From an uncultured Candidatus Binatia bacterium (GTDB taxonomy: Bacteria; Desulfobacterota; Binatia; UBA9968; JAJDTQ01), in NCBI GenBank assembly GCA_965213675.1, contig OZ243916.1, forward strand, positions 1,664,001-1,728,000: a stretch of 64,000 bases of DNA. The letters run 5' to 3'. The notes below the pieces were generated by a model, which had not been told where the DNA came from, did no database searches, and was given only the letters and a program-made list of their open reading frames with translations. The position numbers and the translations under genes are program-made. The stretch's first letter is position 1. Every line of letters starts with the position of its first letter. Shown one piece after another: positions 9,035 to 17,657 of the stretch.

Positions 9035-10738
9035 TCACGACAACTCCTCCCGGAAATAGCGCCAGGCGCAGCGCACCGAGTTGGGCGCCGCCTGCCCCAG
9101 GCCGCAGATGGAGGCGTCGGCCATGGCCGTGCCCAGGGCGTCCAGCAGCGGTTCGTCCCACGCCGGCCGTTCCATGAGCGCCACGGCCTTCTCCGTGCCC
9201 ACGCGGCACGGCGTACACTGGCCGCAACTCTCGTGCTTGAAGAAGCGCATGAGGTTCCGCACCACCGCCTTCACGTCGTCCTGATCGCTCAACACCACCA
9301 CGCCATGGGAGCCGACGAAGCAGCCGTGGGCTTCCAGGGAGCCGAACTGGAGCGGGATGTCCGCCATGGATGCCGGCAGGAGACCGCCCGAAGCGCCCCC
9401 CGGTAGGTAGCCCTTGAAGCGGTGACCGGGCGCCATGCCGCCGCAGTGTCCGTCGATCAGCTCGCGCGCGGTGATGCCGGTGGGCGCGATCTTGACGCCG
9501 GGGTGCGCCACCCGGCCCGACACCGAGTACGCGTGGAGACCCGCCCCGCCGTTGCGGCCCTGGGCGCTGAACCACTCCGGCCCCTTCTCGAGAATGTCCC
9601 GGACCCAGTAAAGCGTTTCGACGTTCTGCACCAGCGTGGGCCGGCCGAAGAGCCCGGTCTCGGCGACGTAGGGCGGCCGGTGCCGCGGCAACCCGCGCTT
9701 GCCCTCGATGCTCTCGATCATGGCCGACTCTTCGCCGCAGATGTAAGCGCCGGCCCCGCGCCGCAGGTGCAGATCCACGTGCGCGGCCATCCCCGCTTCC
9801 CGGAGCCGGGACAACTCCCGGGACAGGATGGCCCGGACCTCGGCGTACTCGTCCCGCAGGTAGACGTAGACGGCCTCGGCCTCCACCGCCCAGGCCGCCA
9901 CCAGCACGCCCTCCAGGAACCGGTGCGGGTCGCTCTCCAGGAAATGGCGGTCCTTGAAGGTGCCCGGCTCGCCCTCGTCCGCGTTGACGGTCATGAGCCG
10001 GGGACCGGGATAGCCGCGCACGATCTGCCACTTGCGCCCGGTGGGGAAGCCGGCGCCGCCGAGACCCCGGAGGCCCGAATCCGTCACCTGCGCCACCACG
10101 TCCTCGCGCGTGCGGCCGCCATCGAGGCAATCCTTCAGGAGCGCGTAGCCGCCTGCCGCGACATAGGCGTCGTAACCCCTGAACGACGGCATCACCGGTT
10201 CGGTCTCCCGATCCCGGGCCAGGGCCGCCACGGACTCCACGGTGGCGCGTTCCACCCAGCGCCGCCCCACCCGGGCCACGGGAGCGCGGTCGCAGCCGCC
10301 CATGCACGGTCCCGGCAGCACGCGCACATCCGGCCCCGTGCTCTCCGGCAGGTCGCGCAGAAGGCCGCGGGCGCCCATCATTTCGCACACCAAGCCGTCG
10401 CACACCCGCACGGTCACGTCCGCGGGCGGCGCCGAAGCGTCCCTGGCCACGTCGAAGTGGGCATAGAAGGTCGCCACCTCGTACACCTCGGCAAGAGCCA
10501 GGCGCATCTCCTCCGCCAGTGCCGCGAGGTGGGCGGCGGACAGAACCTGGTAGCGGTCCTGAATGACGTGCAGGAACTCGATCAAAAGATCCCGGCGCCG
10601 CGGGCGGTCCCCCAGAAGCGCCCGAACCTGTTCCAACGCGTCGGGGTCGACCGGCCGCCCTCTCGGACGATTGCGGCCGCGGCCCCGTCCCGCGCCCGGG
10701 TGCCGGCGTCGCCGCGGCGGTTCATGTTTCTCGGCCAT
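9035..10738 (-). CDS. NAD-dependent formate dehydrogenase beta subunit (NuoE-NuoF fusion)
   Basis: EVATFYAHF, GLRGLGGAGFPTG, NADEGEPGTFKD, GAGAYICGEESA and ESCGQCTPCRVG. Confidence 0.95.
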   Translation of the reverse strand: MAEKHEPPRRRRHPGAGRGRGRNRPRGRPVDPDALEQVRALLGDRPRRRDLLIEFLHVIQDRYQVLSAAHLAALAEEMRLALAEVYEVATFYAHFDVARDASAPPADVTVRVCDGLVCEMMGARGLLRDLPESTGPDVRVLPGPCMGGCDRAPVARVGRRWVERATVESVAALARDRETEPVMPSFRGYDAYVAAGGYALLKDCLDGGRTREDVVAQVTDSGLRGLGGAGFPTGRKWQIVRGYPGPRLMTVNADEGEPGTFKDRHFLESDPHRFLEGVLVAAWAVEAEAVYVYLRDEYAEVRAILSRELSRLREAGMAAHVDLHLRRGAGAYICGEESAMIESIEGKRGLPRHRPPYVAETGLFGRPTLVQNVETLYWVRDILEKGPEWFSAQGRNGGAGLHAYSVSGRVAHPGVKIAPTGITARELIDGHCGGMAPGHRFKGYLPGGASGGLLPASMADIPLQFGSLEAHGCFVGSHGVVVLSDQDDVKAVVRNLMRFFKHESCGQCTPCRVGTEKAVALMERPAWDEPLLDALGTAMADASICGLGQAAPNSVRCAWRYFREELS

Positions 10739-10789
10739 CTTCTCAGGTTCCCCGATTCGACATCCGTGATCCCCGCGGTCCGCGCTCGC

Positions 10790-10969
10790 TTACCGGCTCT
10801 CCTTTTCAAGGCGTTCGATCAACGCCCTCACCTCGTCGAGCCGTGCGCGCGCTTCCGCCGCCGGCCGCGCCACCTGATCCGCCCCGGCCCCGTCCCGCAC
10901 GGCGTCCTCCAAGGTCGTGACGGCGATACCGAACACCTTCAGCAAGCGGCGCACTTCATCGCTTGGCAT
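10790..10969 (-). CDS. Small helical hypothetical protein (59 aa, MPSDEVRRLLKVFGIAVT...)
   Basis: AAAGGGGG RBS, amphipathic helical pattern, co-oriented between aor and fdh. Confidence 0.65.
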   Translation of the reverse strand: MPSDEVRRLLKVFGIAVTTLEDAVRDGAGADQVARPAAEARARLDEVRALIERLEKESR

Positions 10970-11125
10970 CGAGCCCCCTTTCATATCGGGCAATCTCGGG
11001 CGTGGGTGCCCGGCAGCCGCGACTTTCGAACAGGCCTGCGCTTCCAGGGAACCATGATTCGTGATGCGTCGAGAGTCCTGACACGGGCAGTTCCCCGGGA
11101 AACACGCCATTGGCGGGTGCGCCGG

Positions 11126-12934
11126 TCATAAGGCACACGCGCTCAGCCCCAGCGCCTTGCGCCTGGCCTCGGACACACGCCCGTCCGCATTCCACTGGCG
11201 GGCGTCATAGTAGTCGCGGACCATTGCCCGCAGTTCATCGCGGGTGAGCCGCGTTCCCTGGGCCACGCCCGTGGCCAGGGATTCCGTCAGCACCCGCGGC
11301 GGCAACCCGTCGTCCTCGGGTTGCCAGCCTTCGCGCTCGTTGAAGCAGCGCTTGAGCGTGTGAATGCGCTCCGCCGCGCGCCGCAACTCCGGCGCGCTGT
11401 AATCCCAGCCCGTGACCTTGGCAAGCAGGTCCGCCGCCTCGGCGTAGAAGTCCTCGAAGCACTTGCGCAGGAACTTGCATACGATGAGCGAATCCAGCAT
11501 GGCGGCGTAGTCTTCCGACGCCGCCACCAGAGCGCCCCGGGGCGGGGCGGAGTCGAGACGGTCCACCGCGCCGGAGAAATCCACCTCGTAGGCGCCGGAG
11601 CGGTTGTGGCACGCGCCGCGCGGACTCACCGCCAGCCCCAGGGCCATGGTCTTGAGGCTGCGGGGCTCGTAGCCCGGCAACTCCAGGCCCTTCACCTGCA
11701 TGGCCCAATCCAGGGAGCCATGGCCCAGCGCCTGCGCGGCGCGCCGGGACCCCTCGGCCAGAAGCTCACCCACGCCCCGGCGTTCCGCGATGGCCGGTAT
11801 CGCATCCAGCACCGCCTCCGCCGCGCCAAAGCGCAGCCCGCCGGCCTCGGGCAGCAGCCCACGCTCCGCGCATTCCATGGCCCAGGCCAGCGTGCCACCG
11901 GTGCTGATACTGTCGAGCCCGTACGCGTCGCACAGCCGGGCCGCCTCCAGCACCGCTTCCCGATCCTCGAGGCCGCACAACGGCCCCAAGGCGAACAGCG
12001 TCTCGTATTCCATACGCTGCTCGCCGCCCGCCGACGCCTTGAACAGCCGCTCGCAACGAATGGTGCACGACGCACAGCCGTTGCGCCGGCTGAAGCTGGT
12101 CTCGGTCAGGCTTTCGCCGCTCAACTCGTCGGCCGCGCCGAAGGTGGGCTGCTGGAAGTTGCGCGCGGGTAGCGCGCCGAGCCGGTCGAACACCGCGAGG
12201 TTGGCCACGGTGCCGACTTCACGGTACTTGGCCGTATGGCTCCCCAGGCTCCGTTGCCGCAGGACGGCGGCCGTGGCGGCCACGCCTTCGGGGTCCGCCA
12301 CTTCAACCCTCCGGTCGCCGCTCAGCGCAATAGCCTTGAGGTTCTTGGAACCCATGACCGCGCCCACGCCGCCCCGGCCGGCGTGCCGGCCCTCGTTGCT
12401 GATGGTGGCGAAGCGCACGAGGTTCTCCCCCGCCGGCCCCACCGCCGCCACCCGCGCCCCGGCGCCCCCCGGTTCCGCCCGCACCGCGGTCTCCGCGTCG
12501 GCGGCGCTTCGCCCCCAGAGATGGCGCGCATCGCGCAACTCCACGCCACCGTCACGGACCCACAGGTACACGGGCTCCGGCGCCCGCCCGGTGATCACCA
12601 AGGCGTCCACGCCCACGGCCTTGATGGCCAGCGCGAAAAAGCTCGACGAGAGCGAATCGGCGATGAAACCGGTCAGGGGCGACTTCGTCACCACCGCGTA
12701 CTTGGCCGTGGTGGTGAGCCCGGTGCCCGCCAGCGGAGCGCTGGCCAAGACAAGAGGGTTTTCCGGCGACAGCGGTTCCACGCCCGGCGGCGCGAAGTCG
12801 TAGAGCAGGCTCGTGCCCAGCCCGATGCCGCCGACAAAGGCGCGCAGACGCTCCGCGCCGATCTCACGCCATTGGCCCCGGCCCGTGTCGAGATCCACGT
12901 GCAGGAGCCGATTGTGGAAACCGTGCAACTTCAT
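11126..12934 (-). CDS. aor: Aldehyde:ferredoxin oxidoreductase family (tungsten AOR-type)
   Basis: Start MKLHGFHNRLLHVDL overlaps the upstream stop (ATGA); KSPLTG, GRGGVGAVMGSKNLKAI, CASCTIRC, EYETLFALG and RGACH. Confidence 0.95.
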   Translation of the reverse strand: MKLHGFHNRLLHVDLDTGRGQWREIGAERLRAFVGGIGLGTSLLYDFAPPGVEPLSPENPLVLASAPLAGTGLTTTAKYAVVTKSPLTGFIADSLSSSFFALAIKAVGVDALVITGRAPEPVYLWVRDGGVELRDARHLWGRSAADAETAVRAEPGGAGARVAAVGPAGENLVRFATISNEGRHAGRGGVGAVMGSKNLKAIALSGDRRVEVADPEGVAATAAVLRQRSLGSHTAKYREVGTVANLAVFDRLGALPARNFQQPTFGAADELSGESLTETSFSRRNGCASCTIRCERLFKASAGGEQRMEYETLFALGPLCGLEDREAVLEAARLCDAYGLDSISTGGTLAWAMECAERGLLPEAGGLRFGAAEAVLDAIPAIAERRGVGELLAEGSRRAAQALGHGSLDWAMQVKGLELPGYEPRSLKTMALGLAVSPRGACHNRSGAYEVDFSGAVDRLDSAPPRGALVAASEDYAAMLDSLIVCKFLRKCFEDFYAEAADLLAKVTGWDYSAPELRRAAERIHTLKRCFNEREGWQPEDDGLPPRVLTESLATGVAQGTRLTRDELRAMVRDYYDARQWNADGRVSEARRKALGLSACAL

Positions 12935-13842
12935 CCTCCGGCGTCGCTGGACATGAGCAGCACGCGGTCCCCGGGCGCCACGCGGCGGCTGCCGTCGCGC
13001 ACGAAGTCCCGGCCGTTGAGGTTGCACACGTGGCCGGCAGTGAGGCCGCCCGCGCCCTCGGTGAGCACGGGGCCCACCAGCGCCGGCAGCTCTCGCGCCA
13101 GCGCCGCCCATACGTGGGCCAGGGTCGCCGACTCCGGAAGATGCACGGATACCCGGCTGGTGCGGGCGCGCAGCCGCGCGACCCCGAACAGCTCGACCTC
13201 GCAGAGGCCGGCGCCGCTCCCGGCCGCGCCTTCGGACGTCTCGCGCCACCGCGCCAAGGCGCGTTCGTAGTCGTCCGGGGTGTTCATGTTGAAGAAACTC
13301 GAACCGTCGGGATCGAAGGCGCGGACCTCGTCCTCCTCCAGCCTCGCGGTGCGGACCTTGTCGTAAAGGAAGACCGGGCGCAACTCGCCGCGCTCGAGTT
13401 GCCGTTCCAGCAACGGCAGCACCGAGCGCCGGTACACCGCGTGGAGCGGCTGCAGGCGTCCTTCCCAGCGCGGCACCACGACGTCGTGGCCTGGCAACCG
13501 CGCGGCCAGGTGCGCGACCAGGGGGAGACTGAGGAACGGGACATCGCAGGATGTCACGAAGGCGGCGGCGCTCCGGGACGCCTCCAGGCCGTAGCGGATG
13601 CCGCCCACCGGCCCCTGATACGCCACGTCGTCGCGCACCACGGTCGCGGGAAGCTCCGGCAACTCCTGTTCGGGCGCGGCCACCACCACGCGTTCCGGAA
13701 ACAACGGCGTCAGCCCGTTGATCACGCGCGTGATCAACGGTTCCCCGCCAAAGGGAAGCATGGCCTTGGGCCGGCCCATGCGGCTGCTCTTGCCGCCCGC
13801 CAGGATGATGGCCGTACCGACCTTGTCCAGTTCAGCAGTCAT
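12931..13842 (-). CDS. mobA: MobA (Mo/W-cofactor guanylyltransferase) fused to a C-terminal MoaD/ThiS sulfur-carrier domain
   Basis: ILAGGKSSRMG, CDVPFL and FFNMNTPDDY, then a ubiquitin-like domain VELFGVAR...LNGRDFV ending in the di-Gly DAGG. Confidence 0.9.
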   Translation of the reverse strand: MTAELDKVGTAIILAGGKSSRMGRPKAMLPFGGEPLITRVINGLTPLFPERVVVAAPEQELPELPATVVRDDVAYQGPVGGIRYGLEASRSAAAFVTSCDVPFLSLPLVAHLAARLPGHDVVVPRWEGRLQPLHAVYRRSVLPLLERQLERGELRPVFLYDKVRTARLEEDEVRAFDPDGSSFFNMNTPDDYERALARWRETSEGAAGSGAGLCEVELFGVARLRARTSRVSVHLPESATLAHVWAALARELPALVGPVLTEGAGGLTAGHVCNLNGRDFVRDGSRRVAPGDRVLLMSSDAGG

Positions 13843-14020
13843 GCGTCCTTCCGCCCGGCGCCTGGCCGAGGCCGGGTAGTCGCCCCTCCACGAGTCATCG
13901 CGCCTTGCGGACTACAGAGAATTCTACGCATCTTATCATGCCAATGAACCAGACAGGACACTGGCGCACGTTCACGTTCCTGCCATGATCGGCGAGCCCG
14001 ACCGAAGACGCAAGAACCGG

Positions 14021-14428
14021 TCAGGTCTGTTGTCCTGTCCGAAGCTCGTGGAGCCCGCCTCCGGCAAGGTAGCCGAGCCAGACGGCTATCAGACACAACG
14101 CGGCCGAGAGGACCACGTTGCCGAGGGCGTACCACAACTGACCCTCGCGCAGGAGTTGCAGCGTCTGCAGGCTGAAAGCGGAGAAGGTCGTGTAGCCGCC
14201 ACAGAAACCCACCATGATGAACGCGCGGGCCTCGGGTCCGGGCGCCCATGGATGGTCGAGGGAGGCGCTCCACGACGACGCCACGCCGATGAGGAACGAG
14301 CCCGCCACATTGACAAGGAGCGTGCCCCAAGGGAATGCCTCGCCCAATTGCCGCGAGACCAGAGCCGCGCACCAATAGCGGCCTACGCCGCCCAAGGCGC
14401 TGCCCAGCGCAATCCACAGAGAGGTCAC
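14021..14428 (-). CDS. crcB: Fluoride channel Fluc/CrcB
   Basis: GSALGGVGRY, FPWGTLLVNVAGSF and GFCGGYTTFSAFS. Confidence 0.95.
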   Translation of the reverse strand: MTSLWIALGSALGGVGRYWCAALVSRQLGEAFPWGTLLVNVAGSFLIGVASSWSASLDHPWAPGPEARAFIMVGFCGGYTTFSAFSLQTLQLLREGQLWYALGNVVLSAALCLIAVWLGYLAGGGLHELRTGQQT

Positions 14429-14566
14429 GTCAGCTCCGATGGACAGTCCCGTTACGTCCCGGGCGGGTGACACGCGAATGCGGACGTCTCCACCAATCCT
14501 CCACCAACCGCCTGCGCGGGGCCCGGGACTCATTCCCCGCGCGGCCGGGACAGCCCGGTGCGCCGT

Positions 14567-14848
14567 TCAGTGGCCGATCATCCAGGGGCGACGCGCGCTC
14601 TGGTGGGCGCCGCCGTGGGCGTGACCGGGCGGCTTTCCGGACACCACTCTGGGTTCATGCGCGCTCTTCTCGTTCCGCTGATGCGCGGTCCGGTTGTTCG
14701 GATCCATGTCGGCGATGAACGGCGCCGTGAGGATGCGCGGAGCGGCCTTCCCGCAGTTCGAGCAAGCCATCGGCTCCGATGACCGGCTCATGCTGGCCCA
14801 TCCGGTGAACGGGCCGCACGCATCGCATTCATAATCATACAACGGCAT
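14567..14848 (-). CDS. fmdB: FmdB family zinc-ribbon protein
   Basis: MPLYDYECDACG...CSNCG, AHQRNEKSAHEP and RPWMIGH C-terminus; downstream of formamidase. Confidence 0.92.
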   Translation of the reverse strand: MPLYDYECDACGPFTGWASMSRSSEPMACSNCGKAAPRILTAPFIADMDPNNRTAHQRNEKSAHEPRVVSGKPPGHAHGGAHQSARRPWMIGH

Positions 14849-14925
14849 GGCGTGATCCTTCCACTTGCCACCGCGTGTGGACGGATGCCGTCCATCCCCG
14901 GCAGGGACGAACGGCATCCGTGGCT

Positions 14926-15441
14926 TCATGCCAGAACGCCTTCCAGCAACAGATAGCCCGGCAACCAGCCGGTCAAGATACCCTGTATCGTGGTGACCGC
15001 GCCGGTCACCTTGGCGATGGGTTTCTGCATCGCGAGCAGCAGGAAGAACATGAACCACAAGACGGCCCACGCTGCCCAGCACAGTCCGAACCAATACCCC
15101 CACAGCGTGCTGGCATTGATCAGCGTGTCCAGCGCTACTGGAACGACGGTGATGGCGACGAAGAGACTGTACCAGCCCAGCCCACGGCCATCGACGTCGT
15201 TGAATCGATTGTAGGCCACCCACAGGTACGTGAAGGTGAAGAGAAGCGTCAGCGCCGCGCCTTTGATCGACGCGGCATCGGCGCCCGGCCCGAAAGCCAT
15301 GAATAAAGCCACCAGCGCCGTGAGACCACCGACGAAGAAATTGATGATGGCGATCTCCCGGTCAGCGATGCGGCCCATCAGCCAGATGCCGTTCAGGAAA
15401 AGAACGGACCCGACGTACAGCAGTGCAAGTCCCAAGAGCAT
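14926..15441 (-). CDS. AmiS/UreI family amide/urea channel
   Basis: MLLGLALLYVGSVLFLNG, LLFTFTYLW, GRGLGWYSLFVA and WAAWAVLWF. Confidence 0.93.
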   Translation of the reverse strand: MLLGLALLYVGSVLFLNGIWLMGRIADREIAIINFFVGGLTALVALFMAFGPGADAASIKGAALTLLFTFTYLWVAYNRFNDVDGRGLGWYSLFVAITVVPVALDTLINASTLWGYWFGLCWAAWAVLWFMFFLLLAMQKPIAKVTGAVTTIQGILTGWLPGYLLLEGVLA

Positions 15442-15601
15442 TGTTCAGGCCCTCCGAGGGTCACGGGTTCGCAGCCAGCCAATATTGGGAACGCCGGCTC
15501 CGGGAAAAACCGCGGAGCCGGCGCCCACTTTCTGTCATCCATTGGAATGGGATGACGGGGCGGAGAAGCGGCGCATGCCGTCGCCTTTCCGCCCTGCGTC
15601 G

Positions 15602-16840
15602 CTAGCTGCAGGATGTGGCGTCCACACCGCTGACCTGAACCGTGGGGCCGGAAGCGTTCGGCCGGATGTCGAAGTCGAAGATCCCGGTTGGAATGGCGAG
15701 CGTACAACAGGCGTTGGGGATGTCGACGATTCCGCTGATCCGACCCTCGACCGGGGCCGTCCCCAGTATCATGTAGGCCTGTTCGCCGGAATAACCGAAC
15801 TTCTTGAGGTACTCGATGGCGTTCAGGCAAGCACGCCGGTACGCAACGGTCGCATCCAGGTACTTCTGGGAGCCGTCGTGCTCATCCACGCAAACCCCTT
15901 CGAAGATCAGGTAGTCCGAGTAATGCGGCTCCACCGGGCTCGGCCTGAAAATCGGGTTGGTGATGCCGTACTTGTCGATACCGCCCTTGATGACATCGAC
16001 GCCGATGTCGATCCAGCCGGCCATCTCGATGGCGCCGCAGAAGGTGATCTCTCCGTCCCCTTGGGACCAGTGGATATCGCCCATGGAGAGCCCGCCCCCG
16101 GGCATGTAGACCGGGAAGTAGCAGCGGGAGCCGCGCGACAGGTTCTTGATGTCGCAGTTGCCTCCGTGCTCGCGCCCGGGAACCGTCCGCGCGCCATCCC
16201 GCCCCGCGGCGTCCGCGGCCGCGCCGGTCAACTGGCCCATCAGCGCGGTGGTGGTGCCGGCAAGTCCGTCCGGCAACGTGCACAGCGGCGGCACGCGATT
16301 CGGATCCGTCCTGAACAGGGCGGACTCGCGGTCGTTCCACCGCTTCAACAGGTCGGCCGAAGGCAGGGTGCCGATGAGTCCCGGATGAATCAGCCCGGGG
16401 AAACGCACGCCCGGGATGTGGCGGGAAGACGTGTAGACACCGCTGAAGTCCCAGCAGGCCTTGCGCGCGGCGGGATAGTGCTTGTCGAGGAAGCCTCCGC
16501 CATTCTCCAGGGCGAAGATGCCGGTAAAGCCCCACTGCGAGTCCTCGAGCCAGCCGATGTCGTTGATGTCCACAACCAGCAGGTCGCCCGGCTCCGCCCC
16601 TTCGACGCCGAACGGGCCACTCAGGTAATGCACCTTGGAAAGATCGACGTCGCGGATGTCGTTGGCAGACTCGTCGTTATGAATCTGACCTCCGGTCCAG
16701 TCATAACACTCGACCCGAAACTCATCACCGGGCTTGAACCGTTCTACGATCGGAACATCAGGGTGCCACCGATTGTGGGTCTTGACCGCCTGATCCTCCG
16801 GCCACTTGTCCATCTCCGCCCGAAATACCGTTTTGGCCAT
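15602..16840 (-). CDS. fmdA: Formamidase (FmdA/AmdA family)
   Basis: HNRWHPDVP, ECYDWTGGQI, HGGNCDIKNL, QGDGEITFCGAIEM and GIVDIPNAC; AAGGAG RBS. Confidence 0.97.
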   Translation of the reverse strand: MAKTVFRAEMDKWPEDQAVKTHNRWHPDVPIVERFKPGDEFRVECYDWTGGQIHNDESANDIRDVDLSKVHYLSGPFGVEGAEPGDLLVVDINDIGWLEDSQWGFTGIFALENGGGFLDKHYPAARKACWDFSGVYTSSRHIPGVRFPGLIHPGLIGTLPSADLLKRWNDRESALFRTDPNRVPPLCTLPDGLAGTTTALMGQLTGAAADAAGRDGARTVPGREHGGNCDIKNLSRGSRCYFPVYMPGGGLSMGDIHWSQGDGEITFCGAIEMAGWIDIGVDVIKGGIDKYGITNPIFRPSPVEPHYSDYLIFEGVCVDEHDGSQKYLDATVAYRRACLNAIEYLKKFGYSGEQAYMILGTAPVEGRISGIVDIPNACCTLAIPTGIFDFDIRPNASGPTVQVSGVDATSCS

Positions 16841-17013
16841 GGTGTTTACTCCTTGCTCCAGTTCTCACCGAAGCGGGTTAACTGGCCTGTGACAGAGCCA
16901 CGAGTCTACATACGCGGAAGGGTACCCTCCTTTCCGGTTGGATTTACCGCGCCGGGTTCTTCCTGGAAGAACGGCTAGGAAAGCAGTCGAGAAACGCAGT
17001 CGAGAAGAGGGGT

Positions 17014-17065
17014 CAAGAAGAGTCTCGCCGAAAGGCAAGCAAGAAGAGTTTCGCCGACAGGCAAG
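17014..17065. repeat. Tandem 26-bp direct repeat (2 copies, 2 mismatches) in the fmdA upstream region
   Basis: caagaagagtctcgccgaaaggcaag / caagaagagtttcgccgacaggcaag. Confidence 0.85.
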
Positions 17066-17068
17066 CGG

Positions 17069-17097
17069 ACGGTAGCACGGGTTCTATGACCATACAA
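17069..17097 (-). promoter_or_regulatory. Putative sigma70 promoter for the fmdA operon (TTGTAT-17-TACCGT with extended TG)
   Basis: Minus-strand ttgtat ggtcatagaacccgtgc taccgt. Confidence 0.45.
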
Positions 17098-17182
17098 GAA
17101 AAAAGTCACGCCTCGATGCAGTTTTTTCCGCTCGAAAAACCACCGGAGCGACCGCCCGTAGTGGTCTCAGTGCACGGGGAGG

Positions 17183-17647
17183 TCAGGCCGGCAACCTGTG
17201 GCGCATCTCCTGGAGGGCCTGCTGGAACAGGTGGGGATCCTTGGACAGGGCGGTCTTGTAGAGGGCGTAACGTTCGTGTCCGGCCCAGCGGCTCCATTCC
17301 GCGGGCTTCACGCCTGTCCCCTCCGCGGCGCTACGCGCAGCCACGCCCTCGGGTACCGCGCCCGCAGCCCACGCCACCGCATCCAGCGCTGGGCAGCGTT
17401 CGGCTTCGACGCCCGCACGCGCCCGGGCCAGCGCTTCGAGGAACGCCACAAACACCCCGCGCTCCTCGTCCGTGTCCGCCGGCAGGTGGCACAGCGCCCG
17501 GCGCTCCGCCATGCTGAAGGCGCGCCAGATGCTCAGCGACACCCGGATGCCGCTCAAATCGAGCTTCATGCGCACATGGAAAGGCAGCCGCTCCAGGGTA
17601 GGATAAAATGCCTCCTCGAACTGGAACCGGTGGAACATCGCGATCAA
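17183..17647 (-). CDS. Nitrate reductase-associated (NarM-like) protein
   Basis: FQFEEAFYPTLERLPFHVRMKLDLSGIRVSL...W...ERYALYK resembles the Nitr_red_assoc family. Confidence 0.75.
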   Translation of the reverse strand: MIAMFHRFQFEEAFYPTLERLPFHVRMKLDLSGIRVSLSIWRAFSMAERRALCHLPADTDEERGVFVAFLEALARARAGVEAERCPALDAVAWAAGAVPEGVAARSAAEGTGVKPAEWSRWAGHERYALYKTALSKDPHLFQQALQEMRHRLPA

Positions 17648-17657
17648 CCTATCCGCA

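Noticed and set aside
14429-14560. Possible fluoride riboswitch upstream of crcB (ggggaatgagtccc…gctgacg)
   Set aside because: The GGNRAUGR-like start is present, but the AAACCGC and GCURAUGRC-UAC pseudoknot elements are not in the right spacing. It would need an Rfam scan.
17014-17065. Tandem repeats considered as a CRISPR array
   Set aside because: Only two adjacent copies, no spacers and no cas genes.
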